A DNA stretch of 64,000 nt from the human T2T-CHM13v2.0 reference genome, Homo sapiens, in assembly GCF_009914755.1 (NCBI RefSeq), contig NC_060936.1, one strand, 5' to 3'. The position numbers and the translations under genes are program-made. The notes under the pieces were generated by a model. It saw only the letters and a program-made list of their open reading frames with translations, was not told where the DNA came from and ran no database searches. This document shows positions 56,590 through 64,000 of this stretch, piece after piece. Positions within the stretch are counted from its first letter, which is position 1. Each line of letters begins with the position of its first letter.

Positions 56590-56668
56590 AACAGAGATGG
56601 GAATCACACTATGTTGCCCAGGCTGGTCTCAAACTCCTGCCCACAAGTAGTCCTCCCACCTCGGCCTG
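56590..56668 (-). mobile_element. Alu left-arm/FLAM fragment
   Basis: CACTATGTTGCCCAGGCTGGTCTCAAACTCCTG. Confidence 0.8.
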
Positions 56669-56793
56669 CACTCAACCTCTTATCGTATTCTTCTACACCT
56701 TTATGCCTATACCTTTGTTTACACGCATCGGTTTTTTTCTTCTGATGGTCCCCTAGACATAAACTCAGGTTCATTAAATCCCGCCCTCCGACC

Positions 56794-56951
56794 TTTTTTT
56801 TGAGATGGCGTCTCACTCTGTGACCCAGGCTGAAGTGTAGTGGCGTCACGTCAGCTCACTGCAACCTCTGCCTCCCGGGTTCAAGCAATTCTCTTGCCTC
56901 AGCCTCCTGAGTAGCTGGGACTACAGGTGTGTACCACCAAGCCTGGCTAAT
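56794..56951 (-). mobile_element. Alu right-arm fragment
   Basis: TTTTGAGATGGCGTCTCACTCTG...CCTGGCTAAT. Confidence 0.9.
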
Positions 56952-57305
56952 CCCATTATCTTCATTCACCCTCACATCATCAAATGTTGGCCACGTCCCA
57001 GATCTTTCCCTCCGGGTGGCCCCTTGAACAAAGAGGACCTAGACATCACGGCAGAGTGTCTTAAATGATATGATATGATAGATGGAAATGATGCATAAAG
57101 AAGGACTTGGGACCCTTTCAGGCATGGTTGCAGGAAGGGCGCTGTAATGTGAACAGATGCAGGCTGTTCAGATTGTCCTCACTCGTGTCTCTGAAACCTG
57201 AACATGGTTCGCCTTAGTCAACGATGCCACTCAAGTTGCTCCTCCAAATACACAGGCTTGAGTGCCACCCTAGATTCTACTGGCTTTTAAATTTCACCTT
57301 TTTTA

Positions 57306-57598
57306 GGCCAGGTGCAGTGGCTCACACCTGTAATCCCAGAATTTTAGAAGGCTGAAGTGGGAGGAAGGCTTGAGCCCAGGAGTTTGAAATCAGCCTGAGC
57401 AATATGTCAAAACCCTGCCTCTACAGAAAAATACAAAAATTAACCAGGCATGGTGGTACCCGCCTGTAGTCCCAGCTACTCAGGAAGCTGGGGTGGGAGG
57501 ATCACTGGCACCCGGGGGTCGAGGGTGTAGTGAGCCATGATTGCGCCGCTGCACTCCTGCCCGGGTGAAAGAGTCAGACTGTCTCAAAAAAAAAAAAA
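57306..57598 (+). mobile_element. AluJ element
   Basis: Full dimer with J-type features. Confidence 0.9.
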
Positions 57599-58044
57599 CA
57601 CTTTTTTTTAACAAAGGTTTTTTTAAAGTCACTTTTTTTTTTTTGGAATAGCATTTAGGGAATTGAGGGAAAATACCACCAGGCAATGGAATGAAAAGAG
57701 AAGGAAAAGCAAAGAGAAGTTATACTAACAGAGATAACCAAAGATGTTTTTTCTCCTAAGTTTAAAAGACTGGGAACTCTTAAATTCTCCGCCAGGAATA
57801 AATTCTCTGTCTCAATCCTGTTCTCTCTTGTTTCTGTCCAAGGTTAGATAAAATTATACCTATGAGGGTTAGGGGATCTATTTCACTGTTAAATGGAAAC
57901 AGCTATATAAATTTTAATGTAGAGATTATATTTATCTATGTCATAACCAGGGTCTTAAAATTTTGCAATCTAATTGTTATATTCAATGGTTCTCAAACTA
58001 TTCTTTTGGAGCTGAGGAAGCCTTTCTTTAAATGAAATCTCTCA

Positions 58045-58940
<896 letters not shown>

Positions 58941-59197
58941 AAAACCAGAATTGCCTTAGAAGTTGTTTGGGACTCACTCCCTCCCTGTTTTCTTCTCCTT
59001 AAAGTGAGTACCTTAGAGCACCATGAAGAAACCTCAGGTCAACTCCAAGACCTGCATTTGGCAACAAGGAGCTCCCACCCAGAGATAGAGGGTGACCTGT
59101 GCTCACTACCCAGTGAGGGGGTAACAGGGCTGGAGACTCAGCCTCATCTCAACACCTCCAGATTTTCAGCCAAAGACTCTTTCTTCTAAATCTAAAT

Positions 59198-59492
59198 TAT
59201 TGTTGTTGTTTTTGAGACAGGTTCTCACTCTGTCACCCAGGCTAGAGTGCAGTGATGTGATCTCAGATCACTGCAACCTCTGCCTACCAGCCTCAAGAGA
59301 TACTCCCACTTCAGTCGCCTGAGTAGCTGGGACTACGGGCAGGTGCCGCCACACCCAGCTAATTTTGTAGTTTTTGTAGAGGCAGGGTCTCACTATGTTG
59401 TTCAGGCTGATCTCAAACTCCTGCACTCAAGTGATTCAGTTGCCTCCGCCTCCCAAAGTGCTGAAATGACAGGTGTGAGCCACCACATCCAG
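59198..59492 (-). mobile_element. AluJ element
   Basis: Full diverged dimer with (TTG)n tail. Confidence 0.9.
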
Positions 59493-59569
59493 TAAGTTCC
59501 AATTGTTTTGTCCTTGCTGAATATTTGCTGTGAAGACCAAATTAACTAAATACATGAAGCAACTTAAAA

Positions 59570-59750
59570 TCATTAATACTGGAAGCTAATGAGGCCTTGT
59601 AAAACCCTGTGGAGAGGGTAATAATCTTAACCCTGTTTTACAAGTGAGGAAATTAGAGCACAGAGAGGTTAAGTAATTTGCCCAGAGGTAAACCCTAGTG
59701 GGTGGCTCTGCTGGGATTAGAACCCACATGGTCTGGCCCATGAGGGTTCC
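59570..59750 (-). mobile_element. MIR SINE
   Basis: TTTTACAAGTGAGGAAATTAGAGCACAGAGAGGTTAAGTAATTTGCCC. Confidence 0.85.
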
Positions 59751-60374
59751 ATAGTGCTGGGCTGAGCACATACTAATCGCACAAGATGACATGTGTCTGT
59801 GTGTGTACACGCATATGCACAGGTGTGTGTCTTTCAAAAGTCAAGTCTGCATGCCTGCTAAGGCCATCATAGAAATGAGATTTGGGTTTAAAACTCAGCA
59901 CCTTTGCTAATGCTGTGTTTCTCCTACCCTCCTCCACTGGAGAAATTTAATTTGCTCAGGAATCTCCCATTTTGCCACCGGGAAAGCACAAAGTGACAGA
60001 ACTTTGGCAGCTTCAACTGAGGGCTCCAGTACTTGTGGCCCAGCTGAACTTGACATTGCAAAGGGAGGGGAAGTTCCTCCCAAATGTCAGGTAGCACAGA
60101 CATGGAGAGCTGGCCTCATGCCCAAACCACTACGATAATGCCCGGGCCTTGTCATTTACTGCTGTTTCTGCTCACATCATCCAAAGATGCTTCATTAGCT
60201 CCTCATTCCATCTTTATTTAGTTTTCCATCAATGTCTCTGTCACTTTTATTTCCTCTTCTTGATTTCAAAATTTGTACTTAGCTGTCAATTCCGAATATA
60301 CCCACGACTTCCCCATCAGAATCAATTATTTCATAATTACATAACTCATTTGTATCAAATAAATTCTTCTAGTT

Positions 60375-60594
60375 ATTTTTGTTGTTGCTTTTTTTTTTCT
60401 GAAATGGAGTTGCGCTCTTGTTGCCCAAGCTGGAGTGCGATGGCATGATCTCAGCTCACTGCAAACCTCTGCTTCTGGGGTTCAAGTGATTCTCCTGCCT
60501 CAGCCTCCAGAGAAGCTGGGATTACAGGCACCTGCCACCGCACAGAGCTAATTTTTTGTATTTTTAGTAGAGATGAGTTTTCACCTTGTTGGCC
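60375..60594 (-). mobile_element. 5'-truncated AluS (Sq/Sp-like)
   Basis: CGCTCTTGTTGCCCA diagnostic; ends within the left arm; TAGTT flanks. Confidence 0.9.
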
Positions 60595-60836
60595 TATAGT
60601 TTTTAATGTGGTCACTTTTTCGGGACTATCAGAAGACCTTGAGTTTTCTATTGTCTCATGAAATGTTTCCTTGCGCTCGGATGATAAGGATCAGAGATTG
60701 GGAGAACACAGCAAGTAACATGCTGTTCACACAAGCAATTTTTATTGTTTTTACAAAAATAAATTTATATTATGATGTAGTACGCTTTTTTTTCACTTAA
60801 TAAATTGTGGACTTTTTCCAACATTATTTTGATGGT

Positions 60837-61759
60837 TACTGTTTTGGGTTGAATAGTGTCTCCCAATAATTTATGTCCACCCAGAACCTGTGAATGTGAC
60901 CTTATTTGCACATGGAGTCTTTGCAGATGTAATCATGCTAAGATGGGGTCTCCCTGGATTAGAGTGGACCCTACATCCAGTGACTGGTTTCCTATGAGAA
61001 GAAAATTTGGGCACAGAGACATAGGAGAAAGAAGACCCCGTGAGGACAGAGGCAGAAGTTGGAGCACTACAGCTACAAGCCAAGTGTCTCCGTCCATTTG
61101 TGTTGCTGTAAGGGAACACCTGAGGCTGGGTAATTTATAAAGGAAACAAGTTTATTCGGCTCACAATTCTGCAGGCTGTGTAGGAGGCATGGCACCAACA
61201 CCTGCTTCTAATGAGGGCCTCAGGAAGCTTCCGCTCATGGTGGAAGGTGAAGGGGAGCTGAATTGTGTGAAGATCACATGGCAAGAGAGAAAGAAAGAGA
61301 CAGAGGAAGGAGGTTCCAGGCTTTTTTGAACAACCACCTCTCGCAGGAACTGATTGAGCAAGAACCCAGTCATTACTGCAAGGACAGCACCAAGGCATTC
61401 ATGAGGGGATCCATCCCCATGACCGATGGTCATGGGTGTTTAGAAATCAGGGTTGCTTTAGAAGCCTTCCATTCTGCCCTACCTCCAACACTGGGGATCA
61501 GATTTTCACATGAGATTCGGAGGAGACACACAAACCAAACTATAGCGTGAAGGAATGCTAAGGATTGCCAGTGACCACCTAAAGCTGTGAGAGAGGTATG
61601 GAACTGGTCCTGCCTCAAGGCTTTTCAGAAGGAACTTGGCCATGCCAACATCTGCATTTCAGACTCTGGCCTCCAGAACTGGGAGAGAAGAAATCTTCAT
61701 TGTTTTAAGTGATCCAGTTTGTGGTCATTTGTTATGGAAGCCCTCAGAAAATAATATAG
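60837..61759 (+). mobile_element. MLT1B/C LTR, interrupted by MSTB
   Basis: GGGTTGAATAGTGTCTCCC...GAATGTGACCTTATTTG...CTGGCCTCCAGAACTGGGAGAG...TTTGTTATGGAAGCCC. Confidence 0.85.
61085..61547 (-). mobile_element. MSTB-like MaLR solo LTR
   Basis: GTCCATTTGTGTTGCTGTAAGGGAACACCTGAGGCTGGGTAATTTATAAAG...CAAACTATAGC. Confidence 0.85.
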
Positions 61760-61828
61760 CTACTTAGCGCTGTATCACATGAATCTATTAAACATATTTA
61801 ACCAATTCCCTAACAAACACTGGTTTGT

Positions 61829-61830
<2 letters not shown>

Positions 61831-61861
<31 letters not shown>

Positions 61862-62140
61862 GAGATGGAATCTCGCTCTGTCACCCAGGCTGGAGTGCAC
61901 TGGTGTGATCTTGGCTCACTGCTACGTCTGCTTCCCGGGTTCAAGCAGTTCTTGTGCCTCATCCTCCTGAGTAGCTGGGATTAAGGTGTGTGCCGCCACA
62001 CCCTGTCAATTTTTGTATTTTTAGTAGAGATGGGGTGTTACCATGTTGCCCAGGCTGGTCGCGAACTCCTGAGCTCAGGCAATCTTCCCTTCTCGGACTC
62101 TCAGTGCTGGGATTATAGGCATGAGCCACCTTGCCTGGCC
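61831..62140 (-). mobile_element. Alu element (old S/J)
   Basis: Full dimer; perfect 15-bp TSD AACACTGGTTTGTTT (61816-61830, 62141-62155). Confidence 0.95.
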
Positions 62141-62231
62141 AACACTGGTTTGTTTCTATAAAGAACATTTTTTGAACTCAGATTGTTAGTTTCTGTACCC
62201 TTATGCCATTTTCTAATAACTTGTCTCCAAG

Positions 62232-62267
62232 TGGCCGGTGGTATAGTGCTGAGCATAGGTGCCTTTC
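62232..62267 (+). pseudogene. tRNA-Gly(TCC) 5'-half retrocopy (not a functional tRNA)
   Basis: GGTGGTATAGTGCTGAGCATAGGTGCCTTTC versus tRNA-Gly GGTGGTATAGTGGTGAGCATAGCTGCCTTCC; stops at the anticodon; no T-arm. Confidence 0.75.
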
Positions 62268-62479
62268 TGGTAATTTATTTTCAAAAGTAAATTTGTTAAA
62301 GCAAAGGGATGCACTCTTTTAACAATTTTTATTTATACCACAAAGTTCATTTGCCCATCCGCCTGCAATTCATCAGAGGACCAGTTATTCTAGCTCCCAT
62401 CATGAGATGGCATCATAAAATATTATGAAATACTTGCTTCTAGAATGCTTCTAGAATATCCTTATTTTTCACCACCTAC

Positions 62480-62595
62480 CCTGTGACCTCCTGCTAGGCA
62501 GATACCATACTGTCTTGTCAACCATGGTATCCCCAGAGCCTGACACATAGTAGGTGCTCAATAAATATTTGATAAGTGACTAAATAAATAAATGG
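62480..62595 (+). mobile_element. L2 3' end
   Basis: GTATCCCCAGAGCCTGACACATAGTAGGTGCTCAATAAATATTTG. Confidence 0.85.
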
Positions 62596-62809
62596 ATGTC
62601 CATTAAAATCATAGCAGTGATATCCTTCCTTCCCCCAAATGAATTTTTCCATATGCAATTTGGCAACAAGGGTTAACTTATTTGTTATCATTTTAGTCCA
62701 GATCATTGATAAATATTTATAATCAAATAAGTCCCTGTGTACTCAGCAATCTGCTAGTCACTAGACAGATAGATAACAGGCTAGACAGGTAGATATAAAG
62801 CATTTTTAA

Positions 62810-63138
<329 letters not shown>

Positions 63139-63199
63139 AGGAATTTATTTTTTAAAAGCTGTTCTTGGGTTTATTCTTTTCCTATATGCAGCTAATTTT

Positions 63200-63712
63200 T
63201 CTTTTTTAATAACAACTTTACTAAAATATAACCTATATACTAGTATATTCACCCTTTTAAAGTTATAATTCAGGACGGGTGTGGTGGCTCACCCATGTAA
63301 TCCCAGCAGCATGGGAGGCCAAGGCAGTTGGTTTTATAGGGCCAGGAGTTCGAGACCAGCCAGGCTAACATGGTGAAACACCTCTCTACTAAAAAACAAA
63401 CAAAAATTAGCAGGGCGTGGGGGCACCCACCTATAATCAGAACTTCTCGGGAGGCTGGGGCACAAGAATTGCTTGAACCCAGGAGACAGAGGTTGCAGTG
63501 AGCCGAGATCATGTCACTGCACTCCAGCCTGGCCAACAGAGTGAGACTTTGTCTCAAAAAAAAAAAAAATGTTGTGCAGCTATCACCACTGTCTAATTTA
63601 GATCCTCTTTCTGCAAAATTCCATATTTATTAACAGCCACTCTCCGTTCCTTTCTCCTCCCAGGAACTAGCCACTACTAATCTTCTTTCTATCTCTATAA
63701 ATTTGTCTATTC
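63200..63712 (-). mobile_element. L1MB-like 3' end, interrupted by an Alu
   Basis: ATTCACCCTTTTAAAG...GTTGTGCAGCTATCACCACTG...CCACTACTAATCTTCTTTCTATCTCTATAAATTTG. Confidence 0.75.
63273..63569 (+). mobile_element. AluS element with clustered mismatches
   Basis: Full dimer plus A tail; no recognisable TSD. Confidence 0.9.
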
Positions 63713-64000
63713 GCATCCAGGCAACCTTGCACCTCTGCTGGACAGGGTTTATGCCTGTGTTTCGTAATTCCATAATGCTTTGCATCTTTAGGAATTTGAC
63801 AGATGCCTAAATGGCCAATGGCAAACACCCAGAAGCTCTGCAGAATTCTAAAACATCATTCAGATTTAGTAAATGAAAGCAGAAAAGTCCATCATATTTT
63901 AGGAAAATCTTCTGTCCATGGGGTCAAAAAAAATTTTTGTTTAATTAAACCCTCAGTTTTGTTGTACATGTTCACTTTTTGTGCATTTTTGCTGGTATTT

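Overview
Primate genomic DNA, most likely human or another great ape, judged from a full-length SVA_B-like element and AluY copies. I find no credible protein-coding exon. The ORF track is explained by L1, Alu, SVA-VNTR, LTR, L2 and low-complexity sequence. The window is intergenic and dominated by interspersed repeats (Alu, MIR, L1, L2, MaLR/ERV LTRs, MER2/MER5/MER20 DNA transposons). Repeat-free stretches look regulatory: a CpG island at about 4.4-5.7 kb, enhancer-like blocks at about 14.0, 25.8-26.3 and 31.3-33.8 kb, and a strong CTCF motif at 33430. RNA-derived retrocopies are two tandem 7SK pseudogene copies (29670-29907, 30442-30600) that share non-consensus variants, and a tailless 5'-half tRNA-Gly(TCC) copy (62232-62267). 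The most notable structural signals are an 82-bp locally templated insertion (81/82 identical to a donor 1.4 kb upstream) inside an Alu, a perfect 27-bp tandem duplication, a three-monomer recombinant Alu, a short L1 3' transduction and an adjacent inverted Alu pair. From memory only and unverified, this could be the TBX5-TBX3 intergenic interval on human 12q24.21. I do not see evidence for a new multi-gene biological system. Repeat subfamily calls and many boundaries were made by eye from remembered consensus sequences and are approximate.
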